28,864 nucleotides of DNA, from positions 1 to 28,864 of the forward strand of contig JBNKUM010000025.1 in NCBI GenBank assembly GCA_050298595.1. Reading direction: 5' to 3'. The notes below the pieces were generated by a model. The model saw nothing but the letters and a program-made list of their open reading frames with translations. It searched no databases and was not told the DNA's origin. Position numbers and translations under genes: made by a program. Positions within the stretch are counted from its first letter, which is position 1. Each line of letters begins with the position of its first letter. The stretch is from Gammaproteobacteria bacterium. GTDB lineage: Bacteria > Pseudomonadota > Gammaproteobacteria > GCA-001735895. Shown in pieces: positions 19,157 through 28,552 of the stretch.

Positions 19157-19789
19157 GTGCTTGATAGCTATTCATTACAAGTAAGGGTGAGCATGCTACC
19201 TCTATCTATATCCAGAACTTTGCCAGAGGCATTCAAGGAATGGTTTTTCACTGAGCATACAATAGATCATGGAGCTCAAATTAAAGATTGCCAGCTATGC
19301 AAGCAAGAGCACTTAAGGTATTGCTTCGAAATAAAGAATGTTCATACAGGCCACACTTTAATGGTGGGGCCCCAATGTATATTGAAGTTTAAACTTCAAG
19401 TTTTCGATAATGGGAAGTTGCTGGACGAAGTTGGAACAAAGAAGAAGCTCGATTCTATAATGAAGCAAATGAGACTAGAGTCATGTATTAAGGCATTGGA
19501 TAGAGTGGCTGAGGCTGAAAATAATGTCATATTGAATAATTCTCTCGCATACTATAAGAAGAATAAATACTTATCACCAAAACAGGCCTTTGTAGTTTTA
19601 TCGCGCCTGGAAAAACACAATATTGATTACCACCCCTCATTTTTTAAAGTCAACCTGAAAAAAGACAGGTATAAAAACGATTTGCGGCTAATGGAAGAAA
19701 GTAGTGTTCAGGCAATCTGGCCGGCTTTAGCCCCTAGTCAAAGGAAGCTTGCTGAGAAATATGGACACAAAGCACCAACCAGCACATAA
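19157..19789 (+). CDS. Hypothetical cassette-like protein with putative N-terminal Zn-binding motif
   Basis: AGGAG plus GTG start; CQLC...VGPQC; basic helical C-terminus; 210 aa, intact. Confidence 0.75.
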   Translation: MLDSYSLQVRVSMLPLSISRTLPEAFKEWFFTEHTIDHGAQIKDCQLCKQEHLRYCFEIKNVHTGHTLMVGPQCILKFKLQVFDNGKLLDEVGTKKKLDSIMKQMRLESCIKALDRVAEAENNVILNNSLAYYKKNKYLSPKQAFVVLSRLEKHNIDYHPSFFKVNLKKDRYKNDLRLMEESSVQAIWPALAPSQRKLAEKYGHKAPTST

Positions 19790-19872
19790 AAAGTTTCAAC
19801 GAAATAACTTTCAAATATCGCTCCAGGTTTGCTATTAAAAGTAGGCGTCTCATTGCTACCTGATATAAAACA

Positions 19873-20130
19873 ATGGCCTACTCATATAAAAATAGTTTTC
19901 AGGAAAAGGCATTTTTCCGCTCATGTATGCCTTTATATTATTTATTCCTATTAGAAACATCTTTCCCTCTTCTAACAAGTTAATTCAAATATATATTTAC
20001 AAGAAGATCATCAAGTACTGGAAATAGGTCTAGAGCCCGGGAATTTCAGTACACATATCGAAAAGAAGTTGAAAATGGGGGGTTAGTATTACTCGATATT
20101 CAACAGGAAATGCTAGACTTCGCAAATGAA
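19873..20130 (+). pseudogene. Class I SAM-dependent methyltransferase remnant
   Basis: Across frameshifts: KGIF/PLMYAFILFIPIRNIF, EDHQVLEIGLEPGNFS (degenerate motif I), LVLLDIQQEMLDFA. Confidence 0.65.
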
Positions 20131-20331
20131 GAGACCTGGAGCGCAGAGCTTCGGCGTTGCACTTCTTAAAAATGGAAATCTTTATTTGTGGAGCTAGCCT
20201 TGTGGCTTTACGCCAAGACTCGCAGAGATATAACATGCGATCAGAAGCCCCTTAAAATAATATCTTCATGTCGTATCAATAAAATGCTACTGTTTGTTGA
20301 TTATTCCCCAAATCTCATATGAGGTGCGCTT

Positions 20332-21279
20332 ATGGATATTGGCTTATCGAGATGCTTGAAGATTCGGCAGTTGCAACTGATTGCGGCTATTGCCGAATAT
20401 GGACAATTGAGCCTAGCAGCGGATTCTGTAGCTATTACTCAACCTGCGGCTTCACGTATGCTGGCAGAGATAGAGGTGAAAATGGGGGCAAGGTTATTTG
20501 AGCGACACGCAAAAGGCATGGTGCTTACTGTTGTTGGCCAGGCATTGGCACAACGAGCGCATAACTTACTTGTAGAACTACGAGATTTATCACGTGAGGT
20601 TGAAGAGTTAAAGCATGGTGCTGGAGGCTTGGCTTCAGTAGGTGCTGTAACCGGTGCGGCAGTAGGCTATGTTATCCCTGCTATCAAACAGCTGAAACTG
20701 CTGTCTCCACATGCCGAAATACATGTAAAAGTGGGCTCTAGCGAAGAGTTGGTGCATGACTTAGTCGCTGGAAAAAGTGATTTTGTGTTAGCGAGAATTC
20801 CCGCAGGTGTTGATCCTAATGATTTTGATATCGAACCAGCGCAAAACGAAACCGTTAAGTTGCATGTACGCCAGGATCATCCTCTGGTAATGCGCACTGA
20901 AAAAATATCCGTCAAAGAGTTATCGGATTATGAGTGGGTCATGCAACCTCTACGATCACCTATACGGGAGGCTGTAGAAGCGACATTTTTAAACGCAGGA
21001 GCAAAGCTTCCTTCAGTCGTTATCAATACAGCCTCATTTCTGCTTATAATCGCTGCACTAGCCTCTTCATCAGCAATAGCCCCATTATCACGTGAGGTTT
21101 CTGACTTGCTTCTAGGTGAAAACGTGGGGGCGAAATTTACTGTGCTGCCAGTGGCTGAAAAAATAGAAATGTCTCCCTACTATTTTATTCAAGTCAAAGG
21201 GCGAAAGTTATCGCCAATATCATCCCGTCTAAAATCACTGGTAAGAAACGAATATGAGGAACGTGCTTTTTTATCGTGA
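20332..21279 (+). CDS. LysR-family regulator (GbpR-like sugar regulator)
   Basis: N-terminal HTH with TQPAASR..LFER; LysR substrate-binding domain; GAGG RBS; adjacent to galactose genes. Confidence 0.9.
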   Translation: MDIGLSRCLKIRQLQLIAAIAEYGQLSLAADSVAITQPAASRMLAEIEVKMGARLFERHAKGMVLTVVGQALAQRAHNLLVELRDLSREVEELKHGAGGLASVGAVTGAAVGYVIPAIKQLKLLSPHAEIHVKVGSSEELVHDLVAGKSDFVLARIPAGVDPNDFDIEPAQNETVKLHVRQDHPLVMRTEKISVKELSDYEWVMQPLRSPIREAVEATFLNAGAKLPSVVINTASFLLIIAALASSSAIAPLSREVSDLLLGENVGAKFTVLPVAEKIEMSPYYFIQVKGRKLSPISSRLKSLVRNEYEERAFLS

Positions 21280-21461
21280 TACCAGTTTCTATATAACTTA
21301 AGTTAATTTTGGTATTTGATAGTTATGATAACTCCTATCATTATCGATGTAGCAACTAAGCTGGTATCATAAAGATTAAGCTACAAAAATAATAACAACA
21401 TACGATACAAAATCAGCGTTTGTATCAAAAATTTTTTTTTACCGTCCTCAGAAGGTTAATT

Positions 21462-21809
21462 ATCCTAGATTCCGCAGTTGACCGCTCATATTAATGGGTA
21501 ACCTTCATTTTCGTAAACGATCTTAGTCAGTTTGTATTTTCACGATCCTATCTTCCATGCATTCGCGAAATAACAGCATCCATGCTGAAAACCCAAAAGG
21601 TGAACCCCACTAGGAGCTGAATTGAAGGTTTGAGGCGGCGTATCTCTGCGTTGCCTATAGGGACATAGGTAAGGGGTGTGAGCAGGACGCGGAAGCTTTG
21701 CCTATAGGGACATAGGTAAGGGGCGTGAGCAGGACGCGGAAGCCTAGTAACTCCTTGATCTACACCACCACAAACGCACTACAACTCGTCCAGCTGCGGA
21801 TTCCAGGAT
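21462..21809. mobile_element. Non-coding MITE-like element with imperfect terminal inverted repeats
   Basis: ATCCTAGATTCCGCAGTTG ... CAGCTGCGGATTCCAGGAT, 16/19 complementary; no ORF; contains nested palindromes. Confidence 0.6.
21651..21744 (+). repeat. Two tandem 47-bp copies with a CCTAT-N6-ATAGG hairpin
   Basis: Units start at 21651 and 21698 and are 45/47 identical. Confidence 0.92.
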
Positions 21810-21840
21810 CATAGTCACAAAGCCGTCAATTGTTCCAGGA

Positions 21841-22872
21841 TTATGCTGCGCCGAATTTATAGATGCAGGTATGCGTGTAGGTTTCACCAGGGCTTAGTTC
21901 GGTAGACGGGAAGTTGGGGTGGTTGGGGCTGTCAGGATAATGCTGGGTTTCCAGACAGAAGCCTTGCTGCTTTTTGTAAACTGCACCAGCTTTACCCCTG
22001 GTATGCTCCAGGTAGTTGCCGGAGTAGAACTGAACCCCGGGCTCGGTGCTCCAGCATTCCAGCGTCCGTCCGCTCTTCGGATCGAGCACTGTTGCGGCCA
22101 GTGTGAGTGCACCGGGAGTAGACTGATTGATGCAGTAATTGTGGTCGTAACCCAGTCCCTGTACCTCATTGATGCGTTTGCCGATAGGCGTCGGAGCTGT
22201 CAGATCCATCTCTGTTCCAGTCACCGCAACAAGCTTGCCGGTCGGAATGGAATACTCATCCACTTCGGTATAGTGGTCAGCATTGATCTGGATGATCTGC
22301 TCATGGATAGAGCCGCTATCATGCCCTGCAAGATTGAAATAACTGTGATTGGTTAGATTCAAAACGGTTTTCCTGTCGCAGGTCGCGCAGTAATCCAGCC
22401 GTAGCTCCCCAGCGGAATTAAGGCTGCAGGTGAGATCAACCGTCAATGTTCCAGGGTAACCTTCTTCGCCATGCGGGCTGACCAGTGTCATTTTGAGCGC
22501 ATCGCCTATGATCCTGGCATTCCAGACCTTTTTGTCAAAACCGAGCAGTCCGCCATGCAGTGCATTCGGGCCATCGTTTAAAGCCAGTGAGTACTCATTT
22601 CCGTCAAGTGTGAATTTGCCATGGGCAATACGGTTCGCATAACGACCGCAGCAGGCCCCGAAGTAGGTGTTATCGGCGCTCTGGTAACCAGCCATGTCAT
22701 CGAAGCCGCAAACAACATCGGAGATGATGCCATCCCTGTCTGGTACTTCAATTGAAACTATAGTTGCACCATAGTTGATGATGTGGGTTTTCACACTGCC
22801 GTATTCCAGAATAAACACATCAATGTTGTGCCCATCGGAGGTCTTTCCAAATGCCTGTTTTATAATACTCAA
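21841..22872 (-). CDS. galM: Aldose 1-epimerase (galactose mutarotase)
   Basis: GRYANRI, LHGG, GYPG, NLTNHSYFNL, YDHNY, CLETQ; TTG start. Confidence 0.95.
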   Translation of the reverse strand: MSIIKQAFGKTSDGHNIDVFILEYGSVKTHIINYGATIVSIEVPDRDGIISDVVCGFDDMAGYQSADNTYFGACCGRYANRIAHGKFTLDGNEYSLALNDGPNALHGGLLGFDKKVWNARIIGDALKMTLVSPHGEEGYPGTLTVDLTCSLNSAGELRLDYCATCDRKTVLNLTNHSYFNLAGHDSGSIHEQIIQINADHYTEVDEYSIPTGKLVAVTGTEMDLTAPTPIGKRINEVQGLGYDHNYCINQSTPGALTLAATVLDPKSGRTLECWSTEPGVQFYSGNYLEHTRGKAGAVYKKQQGFCLETQHYPDSPNHPNFPSTELSPGETYTHTCIYKFGAA

Positions 22873-22918
22873 AACTTATGCTCTTTTATTGTAGGTGTGA
22901 TGAGTGTGACGTAGCTAG

Positions 22919-23701
22919 TCAAATATCACTCGGAAATTGCCAGTTCACTGCTTCTTTTCCTATGTCAGCAGCAGTGGCCAAAAGTAAAGATCGATATTCT
23001 TCCAGATCACTCAGGCTGTGTCGATTGGTGGAGCTGGTGATAGATACTCCTCCAATAACCTTGCCAGAGGCCAGTATCGCAGTGGCGATGCAGATAATAC
23101 CTGTTTCGTGTTCTTCTCTATCATAGGCGATTGCTGTCGCTTTTATTGCATCCAGCTCATTCTTTAGTGCTTTGGCACTATTAATTGTGTTAGGCGTGTA
23201 CGTAAAAAATGATTGCTGCTGAATGGCTAATTGCTGTTGTGATGCGGGCAAAAAAGCCATCATCGCTTTACCAATTCCTGTGCAGTAAGCAGGGCCAACC
23301 TTTCCCGCCTGACTAAACATGTCTACTGGGTCAGCTGCATTGCGTTTATCAATATATAAAACCTGGCCTTTATCCATTTGAGCCAGATGCACGGTCAGCG
23401 TAACGGCTTGTGCCAATTGGTCGATATAGCAACGGGCGAGTGGTGCGAGCGAAGACTGTTTCCAGGCTGCGTGTGCAAGTCGCAACAGGCGTATGCCTAA
23501 CGAATAGGTCTGCCGGTCCGCATCATAGGACAGCATGCCCTGGCCGCTCAGGGTTTGCAGAAAACGGTATAGCGTTGCTTTGGGGTGAGGGCTATTTTCC
23601 AGTAGTTCTGAAAAACGCACGGGTCGACCCAGTGCAGCGATCTGGTCGAGAATATCCAGCGCCTTACCGACTGTACCGCCTGTTGTAGGAGATTTATTCA
23701 T
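22919..23701 (-). CDS. IclR-family transcriptional regulator of the galactose/galactonate operon
   Basis: HTH KATLYRFLQTL; CTGIGKA, DREEHE motifs; divergent from the SDR operon. Confidence 0.92.
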   Translation of the reverse strand: MNKSPTTGGTVGKALDILDQIAALGRPVRFSELLENSPHPKATLYRFLQTLSGQGMLSYDADRQTYSLGIRLLRLAHAAWKQSSLAPLARCYIDQLAQAVTLTVHLAQMDKGQVLYIDKRNAADPVDMFSQAGKVGPAYCTGIGKAMMAFLPASQQQLAIQQQSFFTYTPNTINSAKALKNELDAIKATAIAYDREEHETGIICIATAILASGKVIGGVSITSSTNRHSLSDLEEYRSLLLATAADIGKEAVNWQFPSDI

Positions 23702-23744
23702 CTAGACCAGTTACACATTCAACACAATTTGTATGATTGCAAGG

Positions 23745-23813
23745 TTGACAGGTTTAACGGTTTTATCCAAACTTGTCAATATATGAAACATGGTTTCAAA
23801 TAATGAAACCATG
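23745..23813. promoter_or_regulatory. Overlapping divergent promoters and putative IclR operator
   Basis: TTGACA on + (23745) and on - (23779); perfect inverted repeat CATGGTTTCA-N5-TGAAACCATG at 23789-23813. Confidence 0.7.
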
Positions 23814-23909
23814 AAATCTGTTGCTGTATATTAAGGTTGATGCCTGTCGGCTGCTACAGCTCGCTCTGGCACATAACAGACTTACGAAATCTCTAATCGA
23901 GGGGGATCT

Positions 23910-24680
23910 ATGAATACCAATGCAACCTTTCATGACCTGAAGGGAAAGAGCGTGTTTATCACTGGTGGTGGTTCGGGTATCGGTGCGGCTTTAACCGAAG
24001 GTTTTCTACAGCAGGGGGCTAAAGTCAGTTTTGTGCAACGCTCCGACGCAACGGATTTCTGTGCCGAGATGCAAAAAAAGTACGCCCAGAAGCCCTTGTT
24101 TATACCCTGCGATATTACCGATGTGGATGCACTGAAGCAGGCGATCAAACAGGCTGCTGAGACTAATGGTCCTATCGAGGTGCTGGTTAATAATGCTGCG
24201 AATGATCAGCGTCATAGCACTGAAGAGGTGGATGAGCGCTTCTGGGACTGGTCGCAATCGATAAACCTGAAAGCTTATTTCTTTGCCTGTCAGGCGGTAA
24301 TCGCTGGCATGCGTGCGGCGGGCGGAGGCTCGATCATCAATTTTTCATCCATCAGCTATATGATGGGGAATAGCGGCTATGTTTCCTATACCACCGCCAA
24401 TTCTGGCATTAATGGCATGACTCGAAGTCTCGCGCGTGAGTTTGGGCCGGACAATATTCGGGTCAATGCTATTGCGCCTGGCTGGGTGTTAACTGATAAA
24501 CAACTCAAACTATGGGTGACACCCGAAGCGCTTGCCGCGCACATGGACAGGCAATGCCTTAAACAGCACCTGAAACCCGAAGACATTGTTGACTCGGTAC
24601 TTTTTCTGGCATCTCAATCCAGCCGTATGATGACTGGACAGGCTATGGTGGTCGATGGCGGCGTAGTGGTGAGTGGATGA
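23910..24680 (+). CDS. SDR aldose dehydrogenase (probable D-galactose 1-dehydrogenase)
   Basis: TGGGSGIG, LVNNAAND, active-site YTTAN; first gene of the dgoK-dgoA-lactonase operon. Confidence 0.85.
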   Translation: MNTNATFHDLKGKSVFITGGGSGIGAALTEGFLQQGAKVSFVQRSDATDFCAEMQKKYAQKPLFIPCDITDVDALKQAIKQAAETNGPIEVLVNNAANDQRHSTEEVDERFWDWSQSINLKAYFFACQAVIAGMRAAGGGSIINFSSISYMMGNSGYVSYTTANSGINGMTRSLAREFGPDNIRVNAIAPGWVLTDKQLKLWVTPEALAAHMDRQCLKQHLKPEDIVDSVLFLASQSSRMMTGQAMVVDGGVVVSG

Positions 24681-25603
24681 CCGCTGAGTCCCAAAACCCG
24701 ATTGCATGGGTTGCTGTAGACTGGGGTACCAGTAATTTACGTCTCTGGATCATGGGCGGAGATGGGCAGGTTTTGCGGCACCTGGAGTCAGACCGAGGAA
24801 TGAGCCAATTAAGCAAAGAACAATTTGAGCCGACACTTATCGAGCTACTGAAACCCTGGTTAAACAAGCAGTATAAACTGCCTGTCATTTGCTGTGGCAT
24901 GGTGGGTGCGCGTCAGGGCTGGAAAGAAGTCGACTATGTTTCTATACCCTGTAGTCCATCAGATATTTCTCAGGCGGTAGCGCTAACACTGGATGACCAG
25001 AGACTCTCAGTACATATATTGCCGGGTGTCAAACAACTCGATCCCCCCGATGTGATGCGCGGAGAAGAAACCCAGATCGCCGGATTTCTGCATCAGCATG
25101 CGAATTTTTCTGGCACGATCTGCCTGCCGGGCACGCATAGTAAATGGGTAAGCGTTGAGTCGGGTCTTTTGACCGGATTCAGAACGCAAATGACTGGGGA
25201 GTTATTCGCTTTGTTAAGTCAGCAGTCGATTCTCCGACACTCGATTGATAGCAGTGAATTCGACCCTGATGAATTTGATCGGTCGGTGATAGAAATGCTG
25301 GAAGCTAACAGTAGCTTTAGCGCAAAACTCTTTGCTCTGCGTGCGCGATCTCTGGTCACTGATGCCGCTACACAAAGTGCGGGGTCGCGTTTGTCAGGTC
25401 TGTTGATCGGTGATGAATTATCGGTTAGCAGATCCTGTTGGCAGGATAAAAAAGTCGCGCTCATCGGCGCGCCAAAATTAACAGCTCTTTATCAACGTGC
25501 ACTTGCCACGCAGGGTAAAGAAGTCATCTATACTGACAGCGAGCAAATGACCCTGTCCGGTTTAACAACGGCTTACCAGAGATTAAGAGAGGTTACAGCA
25601 TGA
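24677..25603 (+). CDS. dgoK: 2-dehydro-3-deoxygalactonokinase
   Basis: VDWGTSNLR, GMVGARQGW, DVMRGEETQ, LPGTHSKW, MTGELF. Confidence 0.95.
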   Translation: MTAESQNPIAWVAVDWGTSNLRLWIMGGDGQVLRHLESDRGMSQLSKEQFEPTLIELLKPWLNKQYKLPVICCGMVGARQGWKEVDYVSIPCSPSDISQAVALTLDDQRLSVHILPGVKQLDPPDVMRGEETQIAGFLHQHANFSGTICLPGTHSKWVSVESGLLTGFRTQMTGELFALLSQQSILRHSIDSSEFDPDEFDRSVIEMLEANSSFSAKLFALRARSLVTDAATQSAGSRLSGLLIGDELSVSRSCWQDKKVALIGAPKLTALYQRALATQGKEVIYTDSEQMTLSGLTTAYQRLREVTA

Positions 25604-26205
25604 CACGTAAACTGGTCGCGATACTGAGAGGTATCCGCCCCGAAGAAGTACGCGAGATTGGACAGGTGTTGGTTGATAAGGGTATCACGGTGATTGAGGT
25701 CCCACTCAATTCTCCTGATGCGATTAAAAGTATCGGCATATTGGCGGATGCCTTTTCCGATGTAGCCTTAATCGGTGCCGGTACGGTGCTGATGCCACAA
25801 CAGGTTGAAGCTGTTGCCGAGGTAGGCGGACGCCTGGTGGTATCACCCGACTGTAACCTTGAGGTGATAGCAACGACGCGGCGTTTGGGGCTTTTATCCT
25901 ATCCCGGCGTTATGACAGCAACTGAAGCTTTTAGTGCCTGGCGCGCAGGTGCAGATGCGTTAAAGCTGTTTCCAGCCAGTCAGGTCGGGGTTGCGGGATT
26001 CAAGGCTTATAAGGCCGTTTTGCCCCCTGAGTTGCCGGTGTATGCGGTCGGTGGCGTTGGCGCTGCCGATTTTTCAGAGTGGATAGCTGCAGGCATCACC
26101 GGGTTTGGTATCGGCTCAGAGTTATACCGTGCGGGTGATGATGTGAAGCTGCTGTCTGAGCGCGCCGAGCAGCTGGTGTCAACCTATGATGAGTTACGCC
26201 CATGA
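25600..26205 (+). CDS. dgoA: 2-dehydro-3-deoxy-6-phosphogalactonate aldolase
   Basis: AILRG, IEVPLNSP, GAGTV, LKLFPA, AVGGV; ATGA overlaps on both sides. Confidence 0.95.
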   Translation: MTRKLVAILRGIRPEEVREIGQVLVDKGITVIEVPLNSPDAIKSIGILADAFSDVALIGAGTVLMPQQVEAVAEVGGRLVVSPDCNLEVIATTRRLGLLSYPGVMTATEAFSAWRAGADALKLFPASQVGVAGFKAYKAVLPPELPVYAVGGVGAADFSEWIAAGITGFGIGSELYRAGDDVKLLSERAEQLVSTYDELRP

Positions 26206-27053
26206 CAACACAGCTGTTTGACAGGCGCATTCATCACCTGGGCGAAGGACCTCTGTGGCATCCATTACGCCAGCAGTTATTCTGGTTCGATATCCTCTCT
26301 CACAGGCTGTGTTCACAGGTGGATGGTAAGGAGCTTAGCTGGCAGTTTGATGAGTGTGTATCCGCCGCCGGCTGGATTGATAAAAACACCCTGCTGATCG
26401 CTTCTGAAACGGGGCTATACCGTTTTGATCTGGACACGTCAGCGCAACAGCTTGTGTGTGAACTGGAAAGTGATAATCCACTAACACGCTCAAACGATGG
26501 GCGCGCCGACCCCTGGGGTGGATTCTGGATTGGCACTATGGGTAAATCGGCAGAACCGAATGCTGGGGCGATTTATCGTTATTACCGGGGGGAGTTACGT
26601 AAGCTGGTAGCGCCGATTACCATATCAAACTCGATCTGTTTTTCACCCGATCGCCGCTTTGTCTATTTTACCGATACCCCTAGCGGAATAATTTGGCGCC
26701 AGTGTCTGGATGCTGAAACCGGTTGGCTAACGGGCAGTCCACAGGCTTTTATCGATTTGACCGCAGAAGGCCTGGCTCCCGATGGCAGTGTGGTGGATGT
26801 TGATGGAAACCTGTGGAATGCACAGTGGGGTGCTGGTCGAATAGCCTGTTATTCAGCGACGGGTGAGTTTGTAAGGTCCATTGAATTTGAGGCCCGCCAG
26901 GTCACCTGTCCCGCGTTTGGCGGGGTTGGTCTGGATCAGCTGTATGTCACGTCCGCCAGTGAAGCAATGGATAATCCGGGGCCGCATGATGGCTGTATTT
27001 TTGTGGCCGATAGCGCTACCAGGGGACAGGCTGAATTTCAGGTTGTTTTGTGA
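26202..27053 (+). CDS. SMP-30/gluconolactonase family (probable galactonolactonase)
   Basis: LGEGPLW, RSNDG, SNSICFSPD, PDG, CPAFGG. Confidence 0.92.
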   Translation: MTTQLFDRRIHHLGEGPLWHPLRQQLFWFDILSHRLCSQVDGKELSWQFDECVSAAGWIDKNTLLIASETGLYRFDLDTSAQQLVCELESDNPLTRSNDGRADPWGGFWIGTMGKSAEPNAGAIYRYYRGELRKLVAPITISNSICFSPDRRFVYFTDTPSGIIWRQCLDAETGWLTGSPQAFIDLTAEGLAPDGSVVDVDGNLWNAQWGAGRIACYSATGEFVRSIEFEARQVTCPAFGGVGLDQLYVTSASEAMDNPGPHDGCIFVADSATRGQAEFQVVL

Positions 27054-27233
27054 GCTGTACATTCGTTAATCTACAGGTTTGGCGGATGTCAGTAGAGTAA
27101 AGATGTGGCTCGATAGTCTAAGGTACATAGAAACTGGTGCTGAATTAGGAGGACAGCCGACATTTGTATTTTGCATTGCAGCAGGCAGGTATGTGTCATT
27201 TGCAGTAACTGATTAGTTTACCTATGAATGAGA

Positions 27234-27314
27234 ACATAATGCGGCGTAGTCCAACAGACATTTATGCATCGTGCTGCGCACTTTGTATAAATGCTAAGAA
27301 GTAAGTCGTTTAAT
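27234..27314 (+). other. Degenerate attC-like hairpin
   Basis: CATTTATGCA..GTGC-N3-GCAC..TGTATAAATG stem; the ends ACATAAT / GTTTAAT only partly fit RYYYAAC/GTTRRRY. Confidence 0.3.
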
Positions 27315-27379
27315 TAAGCGCAAAAAAACAAAATTTAAGTTTGATCCTGGGAGTCTGTCAGATTAAGTCTGAACTAATT

Positions 27380-27483
27380 CATAATTACAACCTTCAGAGG
27401 CTGCATACTGCGAATAGTGACAAGTCACCAATTAACTATGAGAATTCTCTAAAAAAAGTGTCCGGTTGGACTTGGCCAGTACA
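27380..27483 (+). mobile_element. IS3-family right-end remnant
   Basis: YNLQRLHTAN.DKSPINYE...KKVSG resembles the OrfB C-terminus and runs into GTGTCCGGTTGGACTTGGCCAGTACA, a CA-terminal inverted repeat. Confidence 0.72.
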
Positions 27484-27900
27484 CACCCCGCCACCCTCTC
27501 AATGTAGCCTGGCCTGGGCAGACAACCCTTAAACCTGCAAAAAGTTGTTAAATATGTCGAAAAAAAGCTGTGTCAGTAAGTTTTTTTGGATAACTATAAA
27601 GCAGATATTGATGGCATTTTTAAGTCATTTATAACCCTGTTTTAGCTTAGTCATTTCTGATGGAGCGTGAGTGAATATGATGTTAGCAATATATAGTTAT
27701 AGCTTTTTGTCTTATGAAATTATCATGCTCTGGCTGTCATTCTAAAGCACGATTTGACACTCTATAAGCCGCCTATTCTTGGCAAGAAAAATACAACATT
27801 GTTTCGATCTCTGATAATAGCGTGCGGGCTGAATTGTCTCCGAAAAAAATCATAACAGACCAAACTTAAAGGGGTAGCCATATTAAAAGTACTGCATAAA

Positions 27901-27922
27901 ATTTGTGTGAAAAGTCACATAT
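27901..27922. promoter_or_regulatory. CRP-like site
   Basis: TGTGT-N6-TCACA (1 mismatch to TGTGA-N6-TCACA) with AT-rich flanks; target gene unclear. Confidence 0.35.
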
Positions 27923-28552
27923 TAATTCTAACTTACCAAGCAAACAGGAAAACTTTATGAAAGAAAGAATTGATATTTTAAATGTCAAGTATTTGATAGC
28001 TCTTTATGATTAAAGCTCTTCCTTCACTGAATGAGGAGTTAAAGCGCGTTTTATAGACTGAAGAAAGAGTCTCAGTTTAACATCTGATTAATAAAACTGG
28101 ATCAGCTGTAAATTTAATGGGGCAGAGTAAGTTATGCGTCATAAATACAAAAAATGAGTTGGTGTTATCCGTGGATTTATCTGCTCAAAAGAACCCCGGT
28201 ATATAAATAGTAAACAGAGTGGTTGAGTAAAATTTTTATAGGAGGCAGTGTTGAGCCCGCTTATGTTTCTACCAAATATGTTTTTAGCTCATTAAATTCT
28301 GATCAAATTAACTACGTTTGAAGAAAGGAGATAGGCTGTGTAGCATTTGATGTCACAGTTGCATTGAGTAACTTTTAGAATGCGGCAAAAGCAGCTCTCC
28401 ACAAAGCAGGAATTAACATCCTGAACGTTCTTTAAGGGAAGCTTGGTCGACGCTTAATGTTCTCAGCCAAAAAATGCAATCAATATTGAGAATGCAGCAA
28501 TCAGCCTTCCAGGCACTTGAATTGCTAAGAGTAAATAAAATTAGGAGCTTAA

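Noticed and set aside
21651-21744. Mini-CRISPR
   Set aside because: Two directly abutting 47-bp units, no spacer, no cas genes.
27540-28500. Coding sequence or ncRNA in the long AT-rich gap
   Set aside because: Only short, stop-riddled frames and no recognisable structure.
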